DNA of 64,000 nt, from the NCBI GenBank assembly GCA_944368815.1, contig CALVXD010000001.1, forward strand, positions 13,093 to 77,092. The letters run 5' to 3'. The position numbers and the translations under genes were made by a program. Under the pieces are notes generated by a model. The model was not told the origin of the DNA, made no database searches, and worked only from the letters and a program-made list of their open reading frames with translations. This document shows, piece after piece, positions 9,583-19,616 of this stretch (the first letter of the stretch is position 1; each line of letters opens with the position of its first letter). This DNA comes from an uncultured Bacilli bacterium. GTDB taxonomy: Bacteria; Bacillota_I; Bacilli_A; RF39; UBA660.

Positions 9583-11052
9583 TTATTTATTATATTTTAG
9601 TTCTTCCAATATTTCTTTTATGATAACCCTTTCATCAAATGGTTTTCTAATACCATTTATTTCTTGATAATCTTCATGCCCTTTACCTAAAAGTAATATA
9701 ATATCTCCTTCTTCAGCATTTACAATACTATATTTTATTGCTTCTTTTCTATCCGGTATAGTTATATACTTTCCATTAGTTTTATGCATACCTATTAATA
9801 TATCGTTTATTATATCATTAACATCTTCGTATCTAGAATTATCTGCAGTTATTATTGAAAAATCTGCTAATCTACCTGATACTTCTCCCATTTCATATCT
9901 TCTATCTTTACTTCTATTACCACCGCATCCAAAAATTGTTACTATACGTTTAGGATTATATTCTCTAATTGTTGTTAATATACTTTCTGTTGATACACCA
10001 TTATGAGCATAATCTATAAGTAAATTAAATTTATCAGAAATTGGAACCGGTTCTACTCTTCCTTTTACAGCTATAGTTGATAATGCTCTTTTCATTGAAT
10101 CTATTGAACATCCTATTAAAAATGTTGTTAACATAGCACACATTGCATTATATGCTGAAAATGTTCCAGGAGTATTAATTTTAAAAGTATCAGAAATAAC
10201 TCCTCCAGTTGTCATACTAATACCTATAATACCTTTTTCTCTTAAAAGTTCTACTTTATCACAATATAAATTAGCTTTTTTATCATATCCAAAAGTATTA
10301 ATATCACAAGTACAGCCATTAATCATTTTATTATAATTACTATCATCTATATTAAATATTCCATGAATAGATTGTTTAAATAGTAATGATTTACATTCAA
10401 TATATTCTTCCATTGATGCATGTTCTCCATCACCAATATGATCATGTGTTAAATTTGTAAATACACCATAATCAAAAGTTATTCCATCTACTCTTCCTAA
10501 CTTTAATGCTTGTGATGATACCTCCATTACAGCATATTCAATGTTATTATCAACCATTTCTTTTAGATATTTATGAATATCATAAGATTCAGGTGTAGTA
10601 TTTACTAAATCATAATGTTTATCATTTATAAATACACCCATAGTACCTATGACACCAACTGATTTATTATCTTCTTCCAAAATTCTTTTAATCATCCATG
10701 TAGTAGTAGTTTTTCCTTTTGTTCCTGTTATTCCAATCATTTTTAATTTTTTAGAAGGATTATCAAATAAATTAGATGATAATAATGCTAAACTCCTTCT
10801 AGTATCATTTAACTTAATAACAGTTACATCATTATCTAATTGTACATCTTTTTCTACAAAAATAACTTTTGCTCCATTTTTTATTGCATCATCAATATAC
10901 TTATGACCATCCATATTATGACCTACTAATGCAATAAAAGCATCATTTTCTTTAACGTTTTTAGAATTGTAACAAATGTCATTTATTTCTACATCTATAT
11001 TACCCTTTACAACTTCATAATTAATATTTTTTAACACATCTTTTAACAACAT
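9583..11052 (-). CDS. murE: UDP-N-acetylmuramoyl-L-alanyl-D-glutamate--2,6-diaminopimelate (or lysine) ligase MurE
   Basis: Mur ligase P-loop GITGTKGKTTTT; MurE-like N-terminus (MLLKDVLKNI...), DYAHN and other C-terminal domain features. Confidence 0.88.
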   Translation of the reverse strand: MLLKDVLKNINYEVVKGNIDVEINDICYNSKNVKENDAFIALVGHNMDGHKYIDDAIKNGAKVIFVEKDVQLDNDVTVIKLNDTRRSLALLSSNLFDNPSKKLKMIGITGTKGKTTTTWMIKRILEEDNKSVGVIGTMGVFINDKHYDLVNTTPESYDIHKYLKEMVDNNIEYAVMEVSSQALKLGRVDGITFDYGVFTNLTHDHIGDGEHASMEEYIECKSLLFKQSIHGIFNIDDSNYNKMINGCTCDINTFGYDKKANLYCDKVELLREKGIIGISMTTGGVISDTFKINTPGTFSAYNAMCAMLTTFLIGCSIDSMKRALSTIAVKGRVEPVPISDKFNLLIDYAHNGVSTESILTTIREYNPKRIVTIFGCGGNRSKDRRYEMGEVSGRLADFSIITADNSRYEDVNDIINDILIGMHKTNGKYITIPDRKEAIKYSIVNAEEGDIILLLGKGHEDYQEINGIRKPFDERVIIKEILEELKYNK

Positions 11053-11125
11053 AAAATCACCACTTCCTTATAAATAAATTATATCATTTACTACATTATA
11101 TGTAAATAAACAAAATAAAAAGACG

Positions 11126-12037
11126 TTAAATTTCTGGATTAACTATAACGTTTTCCATCATCAATTCGTCTTTAAATTCTTCTTTAAAAACAACAAGTTC
11201 CTTCTTTATAACATCAGGATATACTGCTTTAGTAGTTCTTATTGCTTCATATATATCTTGAAAATTTACTGCCGCTCTATTTGCATATAATGCATTAGAA
11301 AAAGCTTGTCTCAATATCATTAAAGCAATATCTGGATATCTTGAAGATATTTCATATACTCTCTTATATTCAGATGTCATATTTACAATAAATTTCATAA
11401 TTTTTTCTTTAATAAATTCTGTATAAGGTAAACTTACTCCTGTTTGTTTTTCTATTTTAGGAAGTGTTTTCATGAGTATTTCGACACACATTTCTTGTGT
11501 TGGTTCTTCAATATCAATTCGCTCAAATCTTCTAACAAATGCCTTATCTCTTAATATATATTTTTCATATTCATAAGTTGTAGTAGCCCCAATCATTTTA
11601 ATACTACCTCTACTAAGACCTTCTTTAAACATATTAGCTAAATCTAATGCTCCCTGAGCATCATTTCCTATTAATGTATGTATTTCATCTATAAATAAAA
11701 TTATTTTTTCTTGTTGTTTTAATTCTTCTACTAATTTTAATACACGATTTTCACTTTCAGAATTACCAATTAAAGCAGTTGTATTAATCCTAAAAATTCT
11801 ATATCCTTTAAGTACATTAGGTACATCATTCATTTGAATTTTAAAGGCAAGCCCTTCTACTATTGCTGTTTTACCAATTCCCGGTTTACCTACCAATATA
11901 GCTGATTTTTCAGGAGTTAATAATACTAATATTAATTTTTTTATTTCTTCATCCCTAGCAATTGCAGGATTAGTAATATAAGTAGCTTTAGTAAGTTCAT
12001 CAGCATATCTATTTAACATTGAATTATTATCATTCAT
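11126..12037 (-). CDS. Stand-alone ClpB/ClpC D1-like AAA+ ATPase module (303 aa)
   Basis: Near-identical D1 signature ILVGKPGIGKTAIVEGLA (ClpB: LIGEPGVGKTAIVEGLA); Walker B ILFIDEIH; sensor-1 GATT; arginine finger FVRRFE; no N-domain, M-domain or D2. Confidence 0.7.
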   Translation of the reverse strand: MNDNNSMLNRYADELTKATYITNPAIARDEEIKKLILVLLTPEKSAILVGKPGIGKTAIVEGLAFKIQMNDVPNVLKGYRIFRINTTALIGNSESENRVLKLVEELKQQEKIILFIDEIHTLIGNDAQGALDLANMFKEGLSRGSIKMIGATTTYEYEKYILRDKAFVRRFERIDIEEPTQEMCVEILMKTLPKIEKQTGVSLPYTEFIKEKIMKFIVNMTSEYKRVYEISSRYPDIALMILRQAFSNALYANRAAVNFQDIYEAIRTTKAVYPDVIKKELVVFKEEFKDELMMENVIVNPEI

Positions 12038-12207
12038 AAAGTATCTCCTATCTACAAATATAAATTATTATTAACCACATAATTGAAGTAGCAATCATTG
12101 ATCCTAAAAAAACAATATTGGAAAAACCAGCACTTTTATTTTCTAGTTTATAATTATCAATGGGCATATTCCTTTCTTCAATTATTATTGGTAGATTCCT
12201 TTCCATT

Positions 12208-12501
12208 TTACATCACTTCTCTTAATTTATCAACTTTTTCATACTCTATCATAGTATCTAATATTTTATCCATGGCTAATCTTTTTTCACATAATCTTAA
12301 TTTACTTTCATATTCATTTAATTTTCTTTCAATTAATCTTAATGCTTTGTGAACTGCTGTTCTACTAACCTTTAAATTTTCAGCAATTTCTGATAAAGTA
12401 TAATTATTAAAATAATATTCTTCAAAATAAACTTTTTGTCTATCACTAAATAATGGTCCATACATATCGTATAGCATTATTGTATAATCTCTTTTTTCCA
12501 T
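12208..12501 (-). CDS. ylxM: YlxM/UPF0122 family putative DNA-binding protein (normally between ftsY and ffh)
   Basis: YTLSEIAENLKVSRTAVHKAL matches the YlxM HTH region (B. subtilis [21 protein letters not shown]); position directly after ftsY. Confidence 0.7.
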   Translation of the reverse strand: MEKRDYTIMLYDMYGPLFSDRQKVYFEEYYFNNYTLSEIAENLKVSRTAVHKALRLIERKLNEYESKLRLCEKRLAMDKILDTMIEYEKVDKLREVM

Positions 12502-12502
12502 A

Positions 12503-12787
12503 TCACATAGTCTCCATTAATGTATAAAATACTGCAAATATTAAAAGTCCTACTCCTAATCCAAATAATAAATATACTAATAATTGTTTTTCTTTATCTT
12601 CTTTATAATAATAACAAATACAGAAAAACAATAATGATAACATTATAATAGCACTAGGTAAAAATTCTATCATATTAAATGATAAAACTGCTAAAACTAT
12701 AAATAATATTCCTACTATATAGCATACTGCTTTTTCATAACTTCGATTACTTTTTAATACTTTATTCTTATCAGTATTCTTTTTCAT
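12503..12787 (-). CDS. Small membrane protein (2-3 TM helices)
   Basis: 94-aa hydrophobic ORF between ftsY and ylxM. Confidence 0.35.
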   Translation of the reverse strand: MKKNTDKNKVLKSNRSYEKAVCYIVGILFIVLAVLSFNMIEFLPSAIIMLSLLFFCICYYYKEDKEKQLLVYLLFGLGVGLLIFAVFYTLMETM

Positions 12788-12801
12788 TAATTTTTTCCTT
12801 T

Positions 12802-13767
12802 CTATAAATCTTTAAATAAACCATATATGTATTTTTCTATATCAAATGGTTCTAAATCTTCAACCTTTTCCCCAAGTCCTACAAATTTAACGGGTATTCC
12901 TACTTCTTCTTTTATTGCAAGAACTATTCCACCTTTTGCTGTTCCATCTAATTTTGTAAGAACTATTCCTGTAATATTTGTTATTTCTTTAAATGATTTA
13001 GCTTGGGCAATTCCATTTTGACCTGTAGTAGCATCTATTACTAACAAAGTTTCATGTGGGGCATCTTCTATATGTGTTTTTATTACTTTATTTATCTTAG
13101 CAAGTTCATTCATTAAGTTTACTTTATTTTGAAGTCTACCTGCTGTATCTATTAATACTACATCATAGTTTTCTTTTTTAGCAATATCAAGTCCATCATA
13201 TACAACACTTGAAGGATCTTTTACATTTTTAGTAATAACTCTTACTCCTACTCTTTCTGACCATTCTTCTATTTGTTCAATAGCACCCGCTCTAAATGTA
13301 TCAGCAGCTACTAATAAAACTTTTTTACCATCACTCTTTAGTTTAGAAGCAATTTTACCAATAGTAGTAGTCTTACCTACACCATTAACTCCAATAAAAA
13401 GAACAACTGTAGGGCCATTAGTGTTATAATTTATTTTACTATTTATAACATCGTTACCTACATACATGATAAATAATTCATCAATAATAACATCTTTTAA
13501 CATTTTAGAATCAGTTATTTTTTCAGATTTTACTCTTAATTTTAATTTATCTACAAAATTCATTACTGTATTAACGCCAATATCAGCCATAATTAAAATA
13601 TTTTCTAATTCTTCAAAATAATCATCGTTAATAAATTTATATTTATTTGATAAATTACTTAATTGTGAAATAAATTCTTTTCTTGTTTTTTCTAAACCTT
13701 CTTCATATTTAGTTACTTTTTCCGGTTCTTTTTGAAAAATGGTTTTAAACTTATCAAATAATCCCAT
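12802..13767 (-). CDS. ftsY: Signal recognition particle receptor FtsY (short form)
   Basis: SRP GTPase motifs GVNGVGKTTTIGK, DTAGR, TKLDG. Confidence 0.9.
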   Translation of the reverse strand: MGLFDKFKTIFQKEPEKVTKYEEGLEKTRKEFISQLSNLSNKYKFINDDYFEELENILIMADIGVNTVMNFVDKLKLRVKSEKITDSKMLKDVIIDELFIMYVGNDVINSKINYNTNGPTVVLFIGVNGVGKTTTIGKIASKLKSDGKKVLLVAADTFRAGAIEQIEEWSERVGVRVITKNVKDPSSVVYDGLDIAKKENYDVVLIDTAGRLQNKVNLMNELAKINKVIKTHIEDAPHETLLVIDATTGQNGIAQAKSFKEITNITGIVLTKLDGTAKGGIVLAIKEEVGIPVKFVGLGEKVEDLEPFDIEKYIYGLFKDL

Positions 13768-13849
13768 ACCCTAACCTCCTCATATAATTTATTATACCAC
13801 AATTATTAGTATTATTAACATTAAATTTAGAGAAAGAAAAAAGAAGTAA

Positions 13850-15403
13850 TTATTTTGCCTCTTCTGTAGCTCTTACTTCTCTTATTACAGTTACTTTTAT
13901 AGTACCTGGATATTGCATTTGTTCTTCAATTTTCTCTTTTATTTCTCTTGCAATTTGATAAGATGACAAATCATCTACTTCATCAGGTTTAACCATTACA
14001 CGAAGTTCACGACCTGCTTGTACAGCATATGTTTTATCAACACCTGGAGTTGAATTTCCAATTGATTCTAACTGTTCTAACCTTTGGAAATAATTTTCAG
14101 TTGAATCGTTTCTTGCACCCGGACGTGATGCTGATATAGTATCTGCGATTGCTACTATTGCGGCAATTACACTAGTCGCAGGAGTATCTCCATGGTGAGA
14201 TGCTATTGCATTAATAACAACTTCATCTTCACCGTACTTTTTAGCAAGGTCAACACCTATTTGAATATGACTTCCTTCCATTTCATAATCTATTGCTTTA
14301 CCAATATCATGTAAAAGTCCTGCTCTTTTAGCAAGCATTACATTTTCTCCTAATTCTGCGGCTAAAAGTCCTGATAAATAAGCCACTTCTAACGAATGCT
14401 TTAACGCATTTTGACCATAACTACTTCTAAAATGAAGTCTTCCAATTGTTTCTACTAATTCAGAATCCATTTTTGAAAGCCCTAAGTCATATATTACTTC
14501 TTTTCCGTATTCTCTTATTTGTGTATTAACATCAGTACATGTTTTATCATATACTTCTTCAATTCTACCTGGATGTATTCTTCCATCTTTAATTAAAGTT
14601 TCTAGAGTAAGTCTTGCTATTTCTCTTCTTAAAGGATCAAAACTAGATATAACTATTGCTTCTGGAGTATCATCTATTATAAGATCAACTCCTGTTACGG
14701 ATTCAATAGTACGAACATTTCTTCCTTCTCTACCAATAATTCTTCCTTTCATTTCATCATTAGGTAAAGTAATTACTGATACAGTTTGTTCATTAGTAAC
14801 ATCAGCAGCATACTTTTGCATCGCACTAACAAGCATTTCTTTTGCTTTGCCATCTACTTCTAATTTCGCTTCACTTTCTTTTTCTTTAATATAAGCAGAT
14901 ATTTCTCTACCCATATTTTCTTTAACAATCTTCATAATTTCATCATGGGCTTGTTCTTTTGTATATTTACTAATTCTCTCTAGTTCATCTAATTGTTGTT
15001 TTTTAATTTCTTCCATTTTATCTTTTTCTTCTTGAATCTCTTTTTGCTTATTTAAAAGATTATTTTCTCTTTCTTCTAAAGAAAGTTCTCTATTTTGAAG
15101 AGTTTGATCTCTTCTATCCATATTATTTTCTCTTTGTAATAATCTTTCTTCTGATTCTTTTATTTCACTTTTCTTTTCTTTTATTTCTTTATCAGTTTCT
15201 AATTTTAATTTATGCATTTCTTCTTTAGCTTCAAATAAACTATCTCTTTTAATTTTATCTGCTTCTTTTTTAGCCATATCAATGATACTTTCTGCTTTTT
15301 TAGTATCTTTTTTCATATTTATATAATTAAAAGTTATAACTCCCACTATACCGAAAGCAAATCCAAGAATTACTAGTAAAATGGAGAACCAAATACTATC
15401 CAT
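13850..15403 (-). CDS. rny: Ribonuclease Y
   Basis: N-terminal TM helix, long E/K coiled coil, KH domain [17 protein letters not shown] domain (HSLEVA...LLHDIGK). Start chosen at MDSIWF (15403), preceded by GGAGGTG. Confidence 0.9.
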   Translation of the reverse strand: MDSIWFSILLVILGFAFGIVGVITFNYINMKKDTKKAESIIDMAKKEADKIKRDSLFEAKEEMHKLKLETDKEIKEKKSEIKESEERLLQRENNMDRRDQTLQNRELSLEERENNLLNKQKEIQEEKDKMEEIKKQQLDELERISKYTKEQAHDEIMKIVKENMGREISAYIKEKESEAKLEVDGKAKEMLVSAMQKYAADVTNEQTVSVITLPNDEMKGRIIGREGRNVRTIESVTGVDLIIDDTPEAIVISSFDPLRREIARLTLETLIKDGRIHPGRIEEVYDKTCTDVNTQIREYGKEVIYDLGLSKMDSELVETIGRLHFRSSYGQNALKHSLEVAYLSGLLAAELGENVMLAKRAGLLHDIGKAIDYEMEGSHIQIGVDLAKKYGEDEVVINAIASHHGDTPATSVIAAIVAIADTISASRPGARNDSTENYFQRLEQLESIGNSTPGVDKTYAVQAGRELRVMVKPDEVDDLSSYQIAREIKEKIEEQMQYPGTIKVTVIREVRATEEAK

Positions 15404-15526
15404 AGTACACCTCCATTTCATTATTTATTATAGAAAAAATTTAAATATAATTTAATTTAGACTACAATATAATTGTATCTATCTTTTTTAAATATGTCAA
15501 GGACTTTTTTTCTACAAAAAAGAAGC

Positions 15527-16543
15527 CTATTTAGCTTCTTTTGTATCTTTATTTATACCATAATGTTCTCTTACTTTTGACTCTATTTCATTACATATTT
15601 TGGGATTGTTCTTCAAGAAAATTTTAACATTTTCTTTTCCTTGACCAATTTTTTCACCATTGTAAGAGTACCATGCCCCACTTTTTTCAACAACATTTAT
15701 ATCTGCTGCTAAATCAATTAGTTCGCCTTCTTTAGATACTCCTTCACCATACATAATATCAACACTTGCTGATTTAAAAGGCGGAGCTACTTTATTTTTA
15801 ACTACCTTTATGTTAGTTCTATTTCCAATTACATCAGAGCCTTGCTTAATTTGTTCTCCACGTCTTATATCAAGTCTTACTGATGAATAATATTTAAGTG
15901 CTTTACCACCCGGAGTTGTTTCTGGATTTCCAAACATCACTCCTACTTTTTCACGAAGTTGATTAATAAATATTACAATTGTATTTGTTTTATTAATTGA
16001 TCCAGATAATTTTCTTAGTGCTTGACTCATAAGTCTTGCTTGAAGTCCAACATGTGAGTCTCCCATTTCTCCATCAATTTCTGCTTGTGGTACTAGGGCA
16101 GCAACTGAATCTATTACAATAATACTAACTGCTTCACTTTTTACTAGAGCATCACATATTTCTAATGCCTGTTCTCCAGTATCTGGTTGTGATAATAATA
16201 AATCGTTTATATTTACTCCTAAATTACTTGCATAAACCGGATCTAGCGAATGTTCTGCATCAATAAATGCTGCTCTTCCACCTTGTTTTTGAACTTCAGC
16301 AATCGCATGCAATGCAAATGTTGTTTTACCAGAAGATTCTGGCCCATATATTTCAATAATTCTTCCTTTTGGGTAACCTCCTACTCCTAAAGCAATATCC
16401 AATGAAAGTGATCCACTAGGAACAACTTCTATTTCTACTTTTTCTTGGTCTCCCAATTTCATTATAGCACCTTTACCAAATTGCTTTTCTATATCCGCTA
16501 ATACTTGTGCTAACGCTTTATCTTTTTCTACATTCTTTCCCAT
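15527..16543 (-). CDS. recA: Recombinase RecA
   Basis: GPESSGKTT Walker A and a RecA core conserved throughout; start set at MGKN (16543), with GAGGAAGGAAAG as the RBS. Confidence 0.93.
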   Translation of the reverse strand: MGKNVEKDKALAQVLADIEKQFGKGAIMKLGDQEKVEIEVVPSGSLSLDIALGVGGYPKGRIIEIYGPESSGKTTFALHAIAEVQKQGGRAAFIDAEHSLDPVYASNLGVNINDLLLSQPDTGEQALEICDALVKSEAVSIIVIDSVAALVPQAEIDGEMGDSHVGLQARLMSQALRKLSGSINKTNTIVIFINQLREKVGVMFGNPETTPGGKALKYYSSVRLDIRRGEQIKQGSDVIGNRTNIKVVKNKVAPPFKSASVDIMYGEGVSKEGELIDLAADINVVEKSGAWYSYNGEKIGQGKENVKIFLKNNPKICNEIESKVREHYGINKDTKEAK

Positions 16544-16651
16544 ATTTTTCTTTCCTTCCTCACAGTACAATAACATTGTATTATAAAGAATTTAGTTTGT
16601 CAACACTTTTTCAAACATTTGTTTGTATTTTTAAAATAAAAAAACTAAGCA

Positions 16652-17245
16652 TTATTTTTCTTTAATAAATTGCTTAGCCATCATATAATATTTAATTCCT
16701 GAAATTACTGATAAAATTGCCGCAATAATTAATAAGAAATCAGCAATATTTAATTTTATCAGTTCAAAAGGCATATTATAGAACAAAGTAAGTGCAAGTC
16801 CTACCATAAGAGTAGCTGTCTTAACTTTTGCTATATAAATAGCCCCTACTGCACTACTATTATTTCCGATAAACATTTTAAGTGCATCTACTATTATATC
16901 TCTAATAACAATAACAACAGCAATAATTGGACTAATCATTCCATTACATGCAAGTATTATTAATAATGAATTAGTAAGTATTTTATCAGAAATAGCATCT
17001 AGCATTTTTCCATAATCCGTAACCATGTTATATTTTCGAGCCACATATCCATCTAAAAAGTCTGTTAGTGACGCTATTATAAATAGAATACCTGCTATTA
17101 TATATCTAAGTTCTATTAATATATTTCCATTAATTAAATATGTAGGCATATCTATTCCTAAATCATAAAATGGAAACATTAACAATATAATTATAACTAT
17201 TGATAAGGCGATTCTTGTCATTGTTATTTTATTTGCTGTATTCAT
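16652..17245 (-). CDS. pgsA: CDP-diacylglycerol--glycerol-3-phosphate 3-phosphatidyltransferase
   Basis: CDP-alcohol phosphatidyltransferase motif DFLDGYVARK...DAISDK; position after a rodZ-like gene and before recA, as in Firmicutes. Confidence 0.85.
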   Translation of the reverse strand: MNTANKITMTRIALSIVIIILLMFPFYDLGIDMPTYLINGNILIELRYIIAGILFIIASLTDFLDGYVARKYNMVTDYGKMLDAISDKILTNSLLIILACNGMISPIIAVVIVIRDIIVDALKMFIGNNSSAVGAIYIAKVKTATLMVGLALTLFYNMPFELIKLNIADFLLIIAAILSVISGIKYYMMAKQFIKEK

Positions 17246-17246
17246 G

Positions 17247-17714
17247 TTACCTCCTTATTGCGTAAGTAATATTATCATTATCAAAATCATTACCACCAAT
17301 ACTACTTACAACAATATAACCAATTATTAAAAGAGCAATAACTCCTACTATATAAAATACATATTTAGGTATTTTTCTATCATTTGTAACTATTGTATAA
17401 GGAGATGATACTTTATTTTCATCTTCCTTTTTATTCTTCTTTGCTTCTTCTATATCATCTAATGAAATTTTTGAAGTTACATCAAACATGTATTCATTAT
17501 ATTCATCTAATATTTTTTCAGAATCTAATCCTAAATATTTAGCATAATCTCTAATAAAATATTTTAAAAATAATGAATCTTTAAAGCTTTCTGTATTTCC
17601 TTCCTCTAAGTTCGTTATTTGACTAGGTCGCATTTTTAAGTCTTCAGCAGCCTCTTCTACCGAGACACCATTTTCTTCCCTTTTATCTTTTAACTTTTGT
17701 CCTATTTCTTTCAT
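17247..17714 (-). CDS. RodZ-like HTH membrane protein (YmfM-like)
   Basis: N-terminal XRE-type HTH (IGQKLKDKREENGVSVEEAAEDLKMRPSQITNLEEG) plus a C-terminal TM segment; start taken at MKEIGQ. Confidence 0.65.
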   Translation of the reverse strand: MKEIGQKLKDKREENGVSVEEAAEDLKMRPSQITNLEEGNTESFKDSLFLKYFIRDYAKYLGLDSEKILDEYNEYMFDVTSKISLDDIEEAKKNKKEDENKVSSPYTIVTNDRKIPKYVFYIVGVIALLIIGYIVVSSIGGNDFDNDNITYAIRR

Positions 17715-17749
17715 TATTATCCTCATTTCTACAATAATAATCTTATAAG

Positions 17750-18086
17750 CCACGTTCTGTACCTATTAAGGCGACAAACATTTATCTATGACTTTCGTCA
17801 TCCATCCCACAGATTCATTTCTCCTAGGATAGTTCCCCTACCAAAATTTGGGTTTCTCGCTTATGGGGTTTACCGCGTTTCACCTACTTATTTCTAAGTA
17901 ATTCGTCACTGTGGCACTTTATATTCATAAACCTTAGTTTCCCTTAGGTCTTAGAATGCCGTGAGTATAAACTCCCTTAGGTTATTTTTTCCCTAAGCAT
18001 AAACACTACTATCATCTCAGATAGTGCGAGCGTGGACTTTCCTCTACATATCTCTATGCAGCGTTTGTCCAGATATTATTGTTCTT
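17750..18086 (-). ncRNA. rnpB: RNase P RNA, bacterial type B (rnpB)
   Basis: On the minus strand: GUAGAGGAAAGUCCACGCUCGCAC (B. subtilis GUAGAGGAAAGUCCAUGCUCGCAC), CGCGGUAAACCCC, GAAACCCAAAUUUUGG, and the 3' region ACAGAACGUGGCUUAU (P4 3' strand). P1 pairs GAACAAUAAUAUCU with AGAUUAUUAUUGU. GC content is higher than the flanks. Sits directly downstream of gpsB as in B. subtilis. Ends approximate. Confidence 0.85.
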
Positions 18087-18399
18087 TTCCTAAAATAATT
18101 TTTTCAAGTTGTGAAATTCGTCTTAATAAATCAACATTAGTTATCTCTTTTTCTTCACTCTTAACAGCTTCAATACTTGCTTTCATATTTCTAATTTCTT
18201 GTTTAAGTTCTTGATTTTCTGTTACTAGTGCTTTTCTTTCCTTCTCAAGAGCCTTAATAATATTATTATACTCGTTATAATCTCTAATAATAATATCTAA
18301 GAATTTATCTACTTCTTGTAATCTATATCCTCTTGTATCTATCTTAAATTCTTTTTCTAATATATCTTGAATTGACAATGCTATTCTATCATTATACAT
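18076..18399 (-). CDS. gpsB: Cell cycle protein GpsB (DivIVA domain)
   Basis: DivIVA/GpsB N-terminal motif IQDILEKEFKIDTRGYRLQEVDKFLD followed by a coiled coil. Confidence 0.8.
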   Translation of the reverse strand: MYNDRIALSIQDILEKEFKIDTRGYRLQEVDKFLDIIIRDYNEYNNIIKALEKERKALVTENQELKQEIRNMKASIEAVKSEEKEITNVDLLRRISQLEKIILGKEQ

Positions 18400-18561
18400 C
18401 TATAACACCTCTATTATAATTGTAACTTTTTTATACTATTTTGTCAATTTAAAAAGAAAATTTCTGCCTCTTTCTTTCTTTTTTTAGAACGGCTCTTATT
18501 TTAGCACATATAGAATATATTGTCAAATTAAGTATACTAAAAAATACTAGCAAATTTTGTC

Positions 18562-18594
18562 AAAAAAAAGACTAAAACATAAAATTGTTTTAGC
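18562..18594 (-). terminator. Rho-independent terminator (copy 1 of a duplicated ~45-nt terminator)
   Basis: Minus-strand hairpin CTAAAACA-N6-TGTTTTAG followed by U8, directly after the 18627..18854 ORF. Confidence 0.5.
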
Positions 18595-18626
18595 AAAAAT
18601 TATACTATTCATTTTATACAATGATA

Positions 18627-18854
18627 CTATCTTTTTTTAGGGGCAACCTCATCTTTAGTTGCTTGAAAAAATTTTAAATATAATTCTAAATCTTCAATTG
18701 GCATTTTTCTAAGTGAATTTATAAGTTCAGCCAATGATACATATTTTGGATCTGGTTGATTCATTGTTTCTAATATACTTAATATAAGTGCATTTTTTCT
18801 ATTTTCTTCTAAATCAGACACAACATTTTCTTTATTAGAATTTTCTAACTCCAT
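18627..18854 (-). CDS. Hypothetical small acidic protein (75 aa)
   Basis: ORF with its own terminator and a 350-bp AT-rich upstream region; no motif recognised. Confidence 0.35.
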   Translation of the reverse strand: MELENSNKENVVSDLEENRKNALILSILETMNQPDPKYVSLAELINSLRKMPIEDLELYLKFFQATKDEVAPKKR

Positions 18855-19120
18855 TTAAATCTTCCTTCCTTTTGATATAATGGCATCTTAATCACTACAT
18901 AATACATTGTTATAATAATTCCATATATATCAATATTTACTTTTTTTCATTATATCATATTTATTTTAAATTTTACATAGTATTAATTATTAAATTCTAT
19001 TTTTTTTACAATACAACATATAATTTATTAATTTTTATCTTTACTTTCTTTTGTTTTTAAACACAATAATTATCTTATATCAGTCAAATATCCATACAAT
19101 AAAAAAAATTAAACTAAACC

Positions 19121-19152
19121 AAAAAAAGACTAAAACATTAAATTGTTTTAGC
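19121..19152 (-). terminator. Rho-independent terminator (copy 2, near-identical to 18562-18594)
   Basis: Same CTAAAACA-N6-TGTTTTAG hairpin plus U-run, after the 19212..19562 ORF. Confidence 0.5.
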
Positions 19153-19211
19153 CAAAATCATATTACTTTATCCTTCATATGACATTATTATTATATTATT
19201 TATTTTAAGTA

Positions 19212-19562
19212 TTATACCTCTTTTTGATTATTTTCTTCATTATTTTTAGGAAGTGTATTATCTAATGATTTTAAATTCATATTTATTACATTTTGTTTTT
19301 TCAACATTTTATATAATGAAGGAGCACCAATAAAGGAAAATAAACTAATCCATATTGAATTTTCTATTGTTTCATTATAAAAAGTTATTGAAAAAGATAT
19401 TCCTATCACAAATGAAAATATTAAATTCAATAAGAATATATGGCAATCTTTTTGTACACAGCTTAATGTTTTGAATTTTTGAATCAAAGCCATTACAATA
19501 ATACTTACAGTAGTCGCGTGCATTAAACAATTTATCATTTCAGTAGTAATGAGTGTATCCAT
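19212..19562 (-). CDS. Hypothetical small membrane protein
   Basis: 116 aa with 2-3 predicted TM helices. Confidence 0.35.
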   Translation of the reverse strand: MDTLITTEMINCLMHATTVSIIVMALIQKFKTLSCVQKDCHIFLLNLIFSFVIGISFSITFYNETIENSIWISLFSFIGAPSLYKMLKKQNVINMNLKSLDNTLPKNNEENNQKEV

Positions 19563-19616
19563 ATTGATTCCTCCTTACTATTATATATGCACGTTTTATA
19601 ACCACTGTAATTATTT

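Noticed and set aside
12098-12352. 84-aa plus-strand ORF upstream of the AAA+ gene.
   Set aside because: It overlaps ylxM on the opposite strand and has a low-complexity translation. It is spurious.
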